Positions 1-9,631 of a DNA stretch of 64,000 nucleotides are shown here, in pieces (position 1 is the first letter of the stretch; every line of letters starts with the position of its first letter). A program made the position numbers and the translations under genes. The stretch spans positions 1-64,000 of the forward strand of contig JAVZLQ010000004.1 in NCBI GenBank assembly GCA_038883655.1, given 5' to 3'. Source of the DNA: Candidatus Bathyarchaeia archaeon. Lineage in GTDB: Archaea > Thermoproteota > Bathyarchaeia > Bathyarchaeales > Bathycorpusculaceae. The notes below the pieces were generated by a model. That model was given only the letters and a program-made list of their open reading frames with translations. It made no database searches and was not told the origin of the DNA.

Positions 1-507
1 GGAGAGGCTTGGCAGCTTAAATGGACTGATTTTGACAACGTAAACCTGAACGTAAGGGTGACGCCAGAAAAGGGTAGTAGCCCAAGAATACTGAGAATTT
101 CAGCGAAACTCGCGGCAATTCTTAACACGATTCCGAAAAATTCTCCATTAATCTTTGGAGGCTACCCCATTAGGGGCTTCGCAAGGCAGTATGCGCGACA
201 AAGGAGGAAGGCCGCTGAAAAGCTTGGAAACCCGAGGCTTTTGCAGATAACTTTTCACACCTTTCGCCATTGGAAAGCTACCATGGAATATTATAAGACA
301 AGGGATATCCTCTATGTAATGAGGCTTCTCGGCCACAAAAACATTAAGAATACGCTGGTTTACACGCAGCTGGTGGATTTCAAAAACGACGATGATTTCG
401 TCTGTAAGGTTGCATCAACCAACGAAGAAATAGCCCAACTAATAGAGGCCGGGTTTGAATATGTATGCGAGCATAACGGAGCTAAATTCTTCAGAAAACG
501 CAAATGA
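1..507 (+). mobile_element. Tyrosine recombinase/integrase, C-terminal part (5' truncated by window edge)
   Basis: Frame is open from position 1 (GEAWQLKWTDFD...). Catalytic K (PEKG), HxxR (HTFRH), LGH and TLVY motifs are present. Ends 57 bp from the 3' end of a tRNA. Confidence 0.9.
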
Positions 508-519
508 GTTAGCCGTTGC

Positions 520-574
520 AGGCCGGGGGTTCATTCCATCTAGGCCTGGGGTTCATCCAACCAAGCCGGGGGTG
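520..574. repeat. Three degenerate ~22-bp direct repeats; the last is the tRNA-Cys 3' end (possible att-associated sites)
   Basis: aggccgggggttcattccatct / aggcctggggttcatccaacc / aagccgggggt. Confidence 0.55.
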
Positions 575-636
575 GGAGTTGAACCCACATATAGCTGCTC
601 TGCAGGCAGCCGCCTGAACCGTTCGGCCACCCCGGC
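564..636 (-). tRNA. tRNA-Cys (GCA), intronless, CCA not encoded
   Basis: Reverse complement GCCGGGGTGGCCGAACGGTTCAGGCGGCTGCCTGCAGAGCAGCTATATGTGGGTTCAACTCCCACCCCCGGCT folds as a cloverleaf. Anticodon arm is GCTGC-CTGCAGA-GCAGC, with GGTTCAA T-loop and U73 discriminator. Confidence 0.95.
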
Positions 637-670
637 AATTTAAGAGTATTTTGAACTTGGATAAATGTGT

Positions 671-1714
671 TTAGGCAATGTTGGCTGCGAGTTTTTTGGT
701 GATTTCTTTGTAGATTTTTAGGGCTTCGTCTTCGTTTTCGACGTTTTTTATTAGCATTCGTCCGCCTTTGAATAGGCTTATTTCGTGGTTTTTGTGGTTG
801 AATATTATTGCGAGTTGGGATTTTACACGTACTTTGAAATTGTGTTTGATTTTTTCGTAGATTTGGTTTAGGTCTAGCGTTAATGGTTTTTCTGGGTTTA
901 TGTTTACCGTGTTTCTTCCGCAAAGCCAAACGAGTTTTTCTTGTTTTTGTGGGGCTGCCGTGCCTTGGCATGTTGGGCAGTTTTCTCTTTTGAATATGTC
1001 TATTGTTGTGAAGTACATGTCGCTGAAGTCGCAAATCATAAGTTTACCCTTCAGCGTGGAGCCAATTCCAGTTAAAACCTTTATTGTTTCCATTGCTTGC
1101 ATTGTTCCAATTATGCCTGGTGTAGCTCCAATGACGCCCCGCACATCGCATGTTAAAATGTTTCTGTCATCTAGGTCTGGGAAAACGCATTCTAAGCATG
1201 GTGTTTCTGGCGGGGCGAAAACCGAGAGGTTTCCCTCTATTCCTATGGCTGCTCCAAAAACGTATGGAATTTTAAGCTTTGTGCATGCACGGTTGATGAT
1301 GTAGCGTGTACTCATGTTGTCTAAGCCATCGACAACGCAGTCGACTCCCTTGATGAGTTTTTCGGCGTTTTTTGTGTTCACGTTTTCGGAGACGGGTTCA
1401 ACCTTTACCAGAGGATTAATTTTCTTTAGTCTTTTTGCGGAGACCTCCGCTTTTGGATAGCGTAAGTCATCTTTGCTGTACAAGACTTGCCTGTGCAAGT
1501 TGTGCAGCTCAACAGTGTCTTGATCTATGAGGCGTAAGTGTCCAACGCCCGCGAGTGCCAAGTATAGGGATGATGCTGTTCCCAATCCGCCCAGTCCAAC
1601 AACCGCAACTTTTGAGTTTGCGAGTTTTCTTTGTCCTTTTCTGCCAAGTTCATGCATCACTATTTGGCGACTGTAAAATCCGTCGTAAAATGATTCTCTC
1701 AGTTTTTTGGGCAT
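671..1714 (-). CDS. MoeB/ThiF-family adenylyltransferase (E1-like)
   Basis: YSRQ, GLGGLG, NLHRQ, CLEC/CPTC Zn pairs and catalytic-loop TCDVRGV. Confidence 0.9.
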   Translation of the reverse strand: MPKKLRESFYDGFYSRQIVMHELGRKGQRKLANSKVAVVGLGGLGTASSLYLALAGVGHLRLIDQDTVELHNLHRQVLYSKDDLRYPKAEVSAKRLKKINPLVKVEPVSENVNTKNAEKLIKGVDCVVDGLDNMSTRYIINRACTKLKIPYVFGAAIGIEGNLSVFAPPETPCLECVFPDLDDRNILTCDVRGVIGATPGIIGTMQAMETIKVLTGIGSTLKGKLMICDFSDMYFTTIDIFKRENCPTCQGTAAPQKQEKLVWLCGRNTVNINPEKPLTLDLNQIYEKIKHNFKVRVKSQLAIIFNHKNHEISLFKGGRMLIKNVENEDEALKIYKEITKKLAANIA

Positions 1715-1735
1715 GAATGTTCGCCACTTTCATTA

Positions 1736-3433
1736 CTAGTTAGCTATGCTATATCTACCTTTTTTCAAGAACTGCTTTTCATATATCTCTTTAACCCTTT
1801 GTATAGTGTCTGCTTCTTCTGGAGATTTGTCCTCCCTTATGCGGCTTATTCTTGCGAAACGTAGAGCCATGCCGCACTTGTATTTTGAGCTCCTCTGAAT
1901 CTCGTTATATGTTACTTCAACAACTATTTTTGGGGCGACAAACACTCTTCTTGGCTCCTCTTTTATGGTTATTTCTTTGAGTCGCTTTGTCATCTCAATA
2001 ATTTCAGCATCTGTTAATCCCTTAAATGTCTTGCCAACAACTAGGTATTCGCCAGTTTCAGCGTCACGCGCAGCTAAGTAATAATCTGAAAGCCACTCAT
2101 GCCTCCTCCCGTAGCCGTATTCCGCGGCAACAATAACCAAATCTAATGGTTCAAGAACCGGCTTTATTTTGTACCAGTGTTTTCCGCGCGTTCCTGGCAC
2201 ATAGGGACTGTCTGGCTTTTTAGCCATTAATCCTTCATGCCCGTTGTCTAATGCTTCTTTCAAGAATTGTTCTGCCTCCTTGACATTGTCTGTTACTATT
2301 TGTTTTGTTAATGGAATTTCTCCAGCATTTTCTGCCAATTTTTGTCTCCTTTGCGTGTATGGAAGCGAAATTAGGCTTTCGCCGTTTAAGTACAGAATAT
2401 CAAACAAGTAGAGTTTTATGGGAATCTTTTCGGCTACGTCCTCTATTTCGCGTAATCTTTTGAACCTTCGCATTAAATGTTGAAAAGGTATTGGGTTTCC
2501 AGCTTTGTCTACGGCTATGACTTCGCCTTCAACGATTGTTTCTTGAGCTTTAAAGCCTTTCTTTATCGCCTCAACGATTTCTGGTAAGCTTTCTGTGACA
2601 TCCGTTAATCTTCGACTAAATATGCGGACTTTGTCACCAAGCTTGTGTATTTGAACTCTTGCTCCGTCTAATTTGTATTCGAAAGCTGTTTTTCCGCCAT
2701 GCTCTTTTAAGGCTTCAGTAACATCATTTGCCATCTGCGCCAACATCAGTTTGACTGGTTTAAAAACTTTAAAACTGACTTTTAGTAGTCCATCAGCGCC
2801 CTCTTTTTTGGCTATGGTTGCAACTTCGCCTATATCGCCCACAGTCATGCCGGCTTTTTGAATGACTTCTAATGGAATTTTGAAGGCTTTTGATATTGCT
2901 TGTTCCATTAATCCTTCATGGAAGCCCGTTCGCATTTCGCCTATGAAAATTTTCACAATGTATTTGGCTTCTACGGGTGAGGCTAGGCTTAACAGGGCTT
3001 CTATTAGGCGTTCTTTTCTTTCTCTTGAGCCCTGCCCCACAGCTTCGGCTATTTCCTCGAAGCTTCGTCTAACCTCGGTTATTGTTAAGGCTCTCTCCAA
3101 AAGTGTTGCTTGTCTCTTGATTCTGCCTCTTTCGAATATTGTTTTTGTGGCTGAGCCTATGTCGCCTGTTTCGCCGAAAACTTTTGTGAATGTACTCCAG
3201 TCCACGTTGGTTATTCGCATTATTATACCGCTCAGTGTTGCCCAACTTACCTCAAGCGTTTTTTGGCTCCATTTCGGGAACGGTCTTCCAAGAATCATAG
3301 CCACCGCCGGCTCAACCTCGTTTGGCTCAAGATTTTTTATAAAATCTGCTACAGCGTCTATCATGGCGAGCCTTTTTGTTGTAGCTTCCAGTCTTTCGCA
3401 CAGTTCAGCCAATGCTTTAAATGGTGTAGGCAT
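1736..3433 (-). CDS. lig: ATP-dependent DNA ligase
   Basis: EYKLDGARVQIH motif I, EGLMAK, KIKP, LRFARI. Confidence 0.97.
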   Translation of the reverse strand: MPTPFKALAELCERLEATTKRLAMIDAVADFIKNLEPNEVEPAVAMILGRPFPKWSQKTLEVSWATLSGIIMRITNVDWSTFTKVFGETGDIGSATKTIFERGRIKRQATLLERALTITEVRRSFEEIAEAVGQGSRERKERLIEALLSLASPVEAKYIVKIFIGEMRTGFHEGLMEQAISKAFKIPLEVIQKAGMTVGDIGEVATIAKKEGADGLLKVSFKVFKPVKLMLAQMANDVTEALKEHGGKTAFEYKLDGARVQIHKLGDKVRIFSRRLTDVTESLPEIVEAIKKGFKAQETIVEGEVIAVDKAGNPIPFQHLMRRFKRLREIEDVAEKIPIKLYLFDILYLNGESLISLPYTQRRQKLAENAGEIPLTKQIVTDNVKEAEQFLKEALDNGHEGLMAKKPDSPYVPGTRGKHWYKIKPVLEPLDLVIVAAEYGYGRRHEWLSDYYLAARDAETGEYLVVGKTFKGLTDAEIIEMTKRLKEITIKEEPRRVFVAPKIVVEVTYNEIQRSSKYKCGMALRFARISRIREDKSPEEADTIQRVKEIYEKQFLKKGRYSIAN

Positions 3434-3522
3434 AACTTTTACCTAAACGCAGCTAAATTTTGCTAGGGTATTTTAAAATAAAAACGTGTTTGCCAAATTA
3501 AAGGAAAAGAGGTGTTTAGAAT

Positions 3523-3921
3523 CTAGAATGAAGCTTCCAGCTTCTCTTTTATCTCCCTTATCTTTTTCTTCAATTCTTCTACTTTTTCTTTATTCTTTAA
3601 AGCTTCATAGCAGTCTCTGGCATATTCCAGTGCGCTGACACCGTATCTGTCGAATCCCTTGTTGAAGGACAGTTCTGCGGATTTCATAAAATGTTCAACG
3701 GCGGTTTCATAATCCTTAAGCATGTAAGCGCATTCTCCAGCCTTGTAAAGCATCGACGTAGCATCGAAAAAGTTGTTTTTCTTTAGGTAAAGCTCTGATG
3801 CTTTTAGAAATTTTTCTAGGGCTTCCTTGTACTTGCCAGTTTCAAAGAGCGTGTTTGCATCTTTGTGCAGCTTTACAGGGTCTTCCTCAACTTTTTCTCC
3901 GTTCATACCCAATCCGCTCAT
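3523..3921 (-). CDS. Short TPR/alpha-SNAP-like helical repeat protein
   Basis: Repeated helix pairs (GKYKEALEKFLKASELY, KDYETAVEHFMKSAEL). Confidence 0.7.
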   Translation of the reverse strand: MSGLGMNGEKVEEDPVKLHKDANTLFETGKYKEALEKFLKASELYLKKNNFFDATSMLYKAGECAYMLKDYETAVEHFMKSAELSFNKGFDRYGVSALEYARDCYEALKNKEKVEELKKKIREIKEKLEASF

Positions 3922-4042
3922 GGCTTGCTATTTATCAGCATCATACTCGCATTTAGAGTTTTCCCATTTTCTTAACGCTTGTAAACGCTTAAAAGAACTT
4001 TAAAGGGCAAATAATTATAGTACAATTTCGCGGACTGGAATT

Positions 4043-5434
4043 ATGACTTTAGAATGCCTTAAATGCGGCGCAGAATTTCCAATGTTCCCTCCACGTAGCT
4101 TATGCGAGAAGTGTGGAGGCTTACTAGGCTATAATCTGCCTGTTTCCTCTACACGTAAACTAGGAGTTTTGGGTTATGCTGGCTTTTGGAGGTATAAGCG
4201 TCTGCTTCCGCCAGTTAGGCACATGATAACTTTGGGCGAGGGCGGCACACCCCTACATAGGGCTGATAGGCTCGCCAAACTTTTGGGTTTAAAAGAGCTT
4301 TACTTGAAAGATGAAACTAGAAACCCAACAAACTCATATAGAGACCGCGCCGCGGCTCTGCTGACATCAAATGCCCTAGACCTCAAACATGATACACTCG
4401 TATGCGCGAGCATGGGAAACCTCGGCGCCTCTGTGGCTGCTTACTGTGCAAAGGCTGGGCTGAACTGTCACGTCATAGTGCCCAAACTCGTTGATGTTGG
4501 TAAACTGGCGCAGATGCTAGTTTATGATGCTGTTATTGAAGAATTTGGCGAATTCATTGACGACGCAATACATAGAGCTGAGGCGTTGGCAAGAGAGATG
4601 AACTGGTATCAAGCAACCGCGGAATTGAATCCCCTTGTAATTGAGGCACAGAAAACAATTTCGTACGAAATTTTCGAACAGTTCGGGGCTCCAGACTGGA
4701 TGATAGTTTCCATGGGTAGCGGCGGAACAATATATTCGCTTTGGAAGGGCTTCAAAGAACTTGAACGGTTAGGCTTGGCGAAAAGGCTTCCGAGAATGGT
4801 CGGTATCCAACCTGAAGGAAGCTCGGCAATAATTAAGACGCTGCTTAAGAGAGGACGTATATCAGCAAAGCCTTCAACAAAAGCCCTTGCCCTGCTTGTT
4901 AAAGAGCCGATGCAAAGCGAACTCGCAATAAAGGCGATAAAAGAATCAGGAGGCTTAGCCTTAACAGTTTCTGACAGCGAAATTTTCGCGGCTGAACTCA
5001 CCATAGCCAAGTATGAAGGAATATTTGCAGAACCATCAAGCTCGGCTGAAATTGCCGCTTTGGAAAAACTTGTTAAAGAAGGACATATCACCAAAGAAGA
5101 AAGTGTCGTGTGTCCAATAACTGGAAGTGGGCTCAAAGCTACGGATATACTTCAAGCGTTAACTAAGAAGCAGAAGACGGCAGTTTTAGGTTTAGAAATA
5201 AGTACAAAAGAGAAAATTTTGAGGATTCTCAAGGAAAGGGATGCTTACGGCTACGATTTGTGGGAAAAACTTGGGAAAACAATGACAAGAGCCGCCATAT
5301 ACCAGCACTTAACAGAACTATATGAAAAAGGTTTGATAGTAAGCTACAGAAAGGACAGACGAAAATTCTTCAAAATAACACAACGCGGCAAAAAAGTTCT
5401 ACAAGCAATTGATGATTTAAAACTGCTTCTATAA
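4043..5434 (+). CDS. Threonine-synthase-like (fold-type II PLP) protein lacking the Schiff-base Lys, fused to a C-terminal PadR-like winged HTH
   Basis: N-terminal CxxC..CxxC, TLGEGGTPL, NPTNSYRDR (canonical NPTGSFKDR), ASMGN, ITGSGLK; tail ILRILKERDAYGYDLWEKL...IYQHLTELYEKGLI...RKFFKITQRG. Confidence 0.85.
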   Translation: MTLECLKCGAEFPMFPPRSLCEKCGGLLGYNLPVSSTRKLGVLGYAGFWRYKRLLPPVRHMITLGEGGTPLHRADRLAKLLGLKELYLKDETRNPTNSYRDRAAALLTSNALDLKHDTLVCASMGNLGASVAAYCAKAGLNCHVIVPKLVDVGKLAQMLVYDAVIEEFGEFIDDAIHRAEALAREMNWYQATAELNPLVIEAQKTISYEIFEQFGAPDWMIVSMGSGGTIYSLWKGFKELERLGLAKRLPRMVGIQPEGSSAIIKTLLKRGRISAKPSTKALALLVKEPMQSELAIKAIKESGGLALTVSDSEIFAAELTIAKYEGIFAEPSSSAEIAALEKLVKEGHITKEESVVCPITGSGLKATDILQALTKKQKTAVLGLEISTKEKILRILKERDAYGYDLWEKLGKTMTRAAIYQHLTELYEKGLIVSYRKDRRKFFKITQRGKKVLQAIDDLKLLL

Positions 5435-5449
5435 TGGAAAAAGCTAATA

Positions 5450-5471
5450 TAGTATAGTTATAACTATACTA
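5450..5471. promoter_or_regulatory. Perfect 22-bp palindrome, putative operator
   Basis: TAGTATAGTTA|TAACTATACTA lies immediately upstream of the ECF S-component gene. Confidence 0.7.
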
Positions 5472-5473
5472 AA

Positions 5474-6223
5474 TTGATCACGATGAACGGAAAGATTCAA
5501 CCTTTCAAATTCGCCATCACAGCTGTTTTCACAGCGCTTGTCTGCATAGTAACAGTAATTTTTTCGATTTATGTCCCTGCAACCAAGGGCTTCTTCAACA
5601 TAGGTGAATCCATGATTTTTCTTGGTGCGCTCCTTTTTGGACCCTTTGTTGGCGCTTTTAGTGGAGGGGTAGGCGCCATGTTGGCTGATTTGCTGTTAAA
5701 TTATCCGCATTATGCACCAGCTACGCTTTTTATAAAGGCATGCGAGGGGGCTGTTGTCGGTTTGCTCAAGAAAAGGAATCCTAAATTTAGTTCGAAATTC
5801 CAATGGAAATTTTTCACCATGCTTTTGGGTGTTATTGCTGGGGTTCTCTTAGGCTGGGTTGGCTCAACATACTATAGCGGTGAAATTCGGCTTACTCTAG
5901 GCTGGAGTACATTCACCTTTTATATGCCGATGGAGTTTTGGCTTATTTTGGGCGCGATAGTGGCAATATCCATAAGCGCGTTAGGTTTTTTGGCTGAGCC
6001 AGAATTCGGGTGGATGGTTTTTTCAGTTGTCGTAGGCGGTTTCGTGATGGTTTCTGGATATTTCCTCTATCAAATGTTTCTGATTTACCCGCTCTTCAAA
6101 ATTGAAGCTGTGGCAATAGCGGAAGTCCCAATTAACATTGGGCAGATGATGATAGGGGCAATCGTGGCATTACCTCTAGCAAAAGCGATGTGGCGCATAT
6201 TCCCGTACCTAAAAGAAAAATAG
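5474..6223 (+). CDS. ECF transporter substrate-specific (S) component, with extra central TM segments
   Basis: AVFTALV...VPATKGFFNIGESMIF...FGP..GAFSGGVGAMLADL...YAPATLFIKACEG. Confidence 0.85.
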   Translation: MITMNGKIQPFKFAITAVFTALVCIVTVIFSIYVPATKGFFNIGESMIFLGALLFGPFVGAFSGGVGAMLADLLLNYPHYAPATLFIKACEGAVVGLLKKRNPKFSSKFQWKFFTMLLGVIAGVLLGWVGSTYYSGEIRLTLGWSTFTFYMPMEFWLILGAIVAISISALGFLAEPEFGWMVFSVVVGGFVMVSGYFLYQMFLIYPLFKIEAVAIAEVPINIGQMMIGAIVALPLAKAMWRIFPYLKEK

Positions 6224-6263
6224 GCGAGGGCAATCAAGTTTAAAATCTATTAAGGAGGCTAAA

Positions 6264-7283
6264 GTGTTGTCTATTCCTTTTGGAAAAATTCCAATAAACC
6301 TACTAGAAAAGGTTGTTTTCAAAAATCTAGGAGTTAAACGCAAAGAAGTGATTGTTGGACCATCAGCGGGTTTTGATGGCACAGTTATAGATGTTGGCGA
6401 CAAATCCCTGATTGTTTCTATGGACCCTATTACTGGGGCTTTGGAGCGTATAGGCTTGTTGGCTTTGAACATTAACGCGAATGATGTTGCCACTTTCGGC
6501 GTTGAGCCGGCCTTCTTCTTCTCTTGCATATTGCTCCCAGAAAAAGCCGATAGAAGAATGCTTAAAACCATATGTACGCAGATGGATGCAGCAGCGAAAA
6601 ATTTGGGAATGGCGATTGCTGGAGGACATTGCGAAGTAACACCTGAACTAACTCATCCAATAGTTGTTGGCTGCGCCATGGGAGTCACGGAAAGAGGAAA
6701 TTATGTGACTGCTGGAAACGCCAAAGCTGGAGACAAGATAATTCTAACAAAAAGCGCTGGAATTGAAGGAACCGCAATCCTTGCTTCAGACATGGAAAAA
6801 GAACTAAAAATGGTTGTTGACGAAAAAACTTTGGCTAAAGCAAAGAAATTCTTCGAAAAAATCAGCGTTGTTAAAGACGCCATAACCGCCTTCAAAACAG
6901 GCGCAGTTCACGCCATGCACGACCCAACAGAAGGCGGCGTCGCCGGCGGCGTACACGAAATGGCAGATGCTTCGAAACTTGGCTTTAAAGTATATGAAGA
7001 GAAAATTCCAGTAGCCAAAGAAACCCTCCAAATTTGCCGCTTCTTTGATATTGACCCGCTTTGCTTAATTGCCTCTGGAAGCATTCTAATCGCTGCTAAA
7101 CGAGATTTAGCTAGCATTGTTTTGCAGAGTCTGGAGATAAATGGAATATCTGCAAATGTTATTGGCGAGTTTCTGCCAAATGCGGATAAGCGCCTAATCA
7201 AATGTAAGGATGGAAGCGAAAAAGAGTTGGTTAGACCAGAAAGTGACCATTTATGGCTAGTTTTAGAGAAGAAGTTAGGCTAG
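6264..7283 (+). CDS. AIR synthase (PurM/HypE/ThiL superfamily) protein
   Basis: DPITGA, NANDVA, GGHCEVT, AMHDPTEGG; lacks the HypE C-terminal PRIC. Confidence 0.85.
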   Translation: MLSIPFGKIPINLLEKVVFKNLGVKRKEVIVGPSAGFDGTVIDVGDKSLIVSMDPITGALERIGLLALNINANDVATFGVEPAFFFSCILLPEKADRRMLKTICTQMDAAAKNLGMAIAGGHCEVTPELTHPIVVGCAMGVTERGNYVTAGNAKAGDKIILTKSAGIEGTAILASDMEKELKMVVDEKTLAKAKKFFEKISVVKDAITAFKTGAVHAMHDPTEGGVAGGVHEMADASKLGFKVYEEKIPVAKETLQICRFFDIDPLCLIASGSILIAAKRDLASIVLQSLEINGISANVIGEFLPNADKRLIKCKDGSEKELVRPESDHLWLVLEKKLG

Positions 7284-8066
7284 GAGTTTGCTGAAGGATT
7301 TTCTAGGTCTTTTTAGCCTATTTATTTTCTGCTGTAGCCGTCTATAGATAAAATAGCCCCTAATATTTCGCATCATTTCATTAATTCCTTTTCCGTGGGA
7401 GTGTAAAACGCTGAATGATGGGTCAACAATTATTTTGTAGCCTCTGAAAAGCATTTCTTTACTCCAATCGTAGTCTTCTAAACCATACTTTCGGGTTTGC
7501 GGTATAATTTTTGGCAGGTTTTCATCGAAGGGGTAAACTTGCCATAGCGACTTTCTGATTATGCAGTTAATTGTGGAACACCAGTCTTGGCGCAAAACAA
7601 ATTTCTGCGAAAAATAGTATAAAAGTTTATCAAGATTTCCAAAAACCTTGCCCTCGCCATGGGGCAAAAAGAACCCGCTCACTCCTGCGACACTTGGATT
7701 TGTGAAATGTCTTACGCCATCTTGAAGCCAATGAGACGATGTTGGAAGAGAATGCGCGTTTGTTATGCAGACTAACTCGTTTCCTGCAGCATGTACACCT
7801 AGGTTCGTGGAGTACGCATGCGAAAATTCTTCATCTGATAAGGCGATAATTTTAAGGGCGATTTTCTTTTCTCGGAAAAAGTTCCAAAAATACTCTGACA
7901 CGTGGCTTTCAAGGAATCGCCTTTCCTCTTCTGAAGAATAATTGTTTACAATTATTATTTCTGATGGCGGCAGCGTCTGCATAGCCAGTCTTTCTAAAAG
8001 GCTTTCTAGGAACTTTTCCTTATCCCTTGTTCGAATCACAACTGAAACTTGCTTTTTGCTGTTCAT
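7275..8066 (-). CDS. Glycosyltransferase family 2 (degenerate DxD)
   Basis: VSVVIRT..., EIIIVNNYS, YPFDE, EDYDW. Confidence 0.8.
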   Translation of the reverse strand: MNSKKQVSVVIRTRDKEKFLESLLERLAMQTLPPSEIIIVNNYSSEEERRFLESHVSEYFWNFFREKKIALKIIALSDEEFSHAYSTNLGVHAAGNELVCITNAHSLPTSSHWLQDGVRHFTNPSVAGVSGFFLPHGEGKVFGNLDKLLYYFSQKFVLRQDWCSTINCIIRKSLWQVYPFDENLPKIIPQTRKYGLEDYDWSKEMLFRGYKIIVDPSFSVLHSHGKGINEMMRNIRGYFIYRRLQQKINRLKRPRKSFSKLLA

Positions 8067-8069
8067 TTG

Positions 8070-8825
8070 TTACCCGCTGTTCTGGCGGTTGATTTTCCGG
8101 GATAAACTTCTATAAAGAACATAAACCGTATAAAAAGCGTAGGCAACAAACAACTTTGGCAGTTTTCGAAAAGATCCAAAGCGCAGGTTATCGGCAAGTA
8201 TCCTTATGCTCCCCTTTATTGTCCAAGTTTCTGGAGGTCTGTAATGTATGCAATATGGGTCGTAGGTGGACACTATTCTATAACTCTTCTTTTCTATCCA
8301 TTCCTTGATAAACATGTCTTCGAAAACATGTAGGTCTCCTGGAATTTCTATGTCTCTTATTGCATCGTAGCGCACCAGCAAGTCGTGTGTTCCTCCTCTT
8401 AACTCGAAAATTTTCCGCGTTATTTTTAAGAAAAGTTTTAGCGTTTTTGGGTTTTGTATGCCTTCCCAGATTTCTATGCCCCAGACTGCTCCAACATCGT
8501 TGCCCACAAACTTTTTGGCTTTTTCATACCATCCGTTACATAAGGTTACGTCACTATCAACAAAGATAAACCAGTCCGTTTTAACCTCCCTTATCCCCCT
8601 CATTCTCGCGCTGCCACGTGTACCATTATCCATGACCAAAACAACATTTCCATATTTTTCATGAAATTTTTTGGCGATTTCTAAAGTTGAGTCCGTAGAG
8701 TAACCGTCAACAATTATCAAGCGGTTAACTGGCACATTCTTGTAAACGGAATTCAAGCATTTTTCCAGCATTCTTTCGCTGTTTTTTGTAAGTATAACAA
8801 CGTCAACGGACTCGTTGTCCATCAA
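8070..8825 (-). CDS. Glycosyltransferase family 2
   Basis: IIVDGYSTDST, FVDSD, FED. Confidence 0.88.
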   Translation of the reverse strand: MMDNESVDVVILTKNSERMLEKCLNSVYKNVPVNRLIIVDGYSTDSTLEIAKKFHEKYGNVVLVMDNGTRGSARMRGIREVKTDWFIFVDSDVTLCNGWYEKAKKFVGNDVGAVWGIEIWEGIQNPKTLKLFLKITRKIFELRGGTHDLLVRYDAIRDIEIPGDLHVFEDMFIKEWIEKKSYRIVSTYDPYCIHYRPPETWTIKGSIRILADNLRFGSFRKLPKLFVAYAFYTVYVLYRSLSRKINRQNSG

Positions 8826-8832
8826 ATGGCAC

Positions 8833-9501
8833 CTATTTCTTAATCAGTATACGCGTATCCATCCCAAAAGGTAACCTAAAAGACTTAAAAAACAATCTGT
8901 CAGCTACACTAAAAGTGAAGTCCGCAAAGCATTCAACTCTGACAAGGCTATTGCTCAAAGAATTCCTGATGTACCTTTCCCACTCGCGCGGGGTTTTCAC
9001 GTTTACATGCGTCTTGTCAAAATCCTTCAAAATTTTCTTGACAATTCGTTCAACAGTCTTGTTTGGTGTTGTACAAAGAACTGCGCCCTCGCAAACATCA
9101 TACATGTTTTGTAGAGCTAAAAGAGGATTTTGGAGGTGCTCCAAAACTTCAAGGCATATCACTAAGTCAAACTTCTTTTTAAATGGCAGATTCCACTGTA
9201 CATCGCAAATGACAAACTCGTTTTCATGATTCCTTTTCTTGGCTTGTGCTACACCAAACTTTGATACGTCTACACCTATGGCCTCATAGCCAAGCGCTGT
9301 CAGAAGGTTTACGCCATATCCGAAAGCGCAGCCCACATCCAAAGCGGATTTTCCACGTCCATCAAGCAAGTTTAACCCTGAATTTTTGGATCCCCACTTA
9401 AGCAATTCCAATACATGGCTTTTGATTGCCTTCTCTCTTTTTGAATATTTTAGGTGAGCAAAGTATTCTTTGCCGAATTTTCTAAGAGCCTCTGTTTCCA
9501 A
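8833..9501 (-). CDS. Class I SAM-dependent methyltransferase
   Basis: ALDVGCAFG, GVDVS, FDLVICLEVLEHL, TTPN. Confidence 0.9.
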   Translation of the reverse strand: METEALRKFGKEYFAHLKYSKREKAIKSHVLELLKWGSKNSGLNLLDGRGKSALDVGCAFGYGVNLLTALGYEAIGVDVSKFGVAQAKKRNHENEFVICDVQWNLPFKKKFDLVICLEVLEHLQNPLLALQNMYDVCEGAVLCTTPNKTVERIVKKILKDFDKTHVNVKTPREWERYIRNSLSNSLVRVECFADFTFSVADRLFFKSFRLPFGMDTRILIKK

Positions 9502-9631
9502 CGGTTGACACGCACAAATTTAGAACAAAAGCCGTTTAAAACCTTTTATTATTGGATAAATGGAGTTGACTGTAAGTTGCTAACGGTTTATATTTAAAAG
9601 CAAGTATTTTACGATAAACTAGAGCGAAAGC

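Noticed and set aside
520-574. Mini CRISPR array
   Set aside because: The repeats are degenerate and abutting with no spacers, and no cas genes are in the window.
540-1034. 164-aa basic ORF on the minus strand
   Set aside because: It is an alternate frame of the MoeB/ThiF gene running through the tRNA, with no recognisable motifs.
2862-3446. Long antisense ORFs (also 20488-21096, 35993-36565, 39461-39967)
   Set aside because: They are mirror frames of well-supported genes with no independent signal.
6264-7283. Second hypE
   Set aside because: It lacks the C-terminal PRIC cysteine; a canonical hypE is at 26031-27098.
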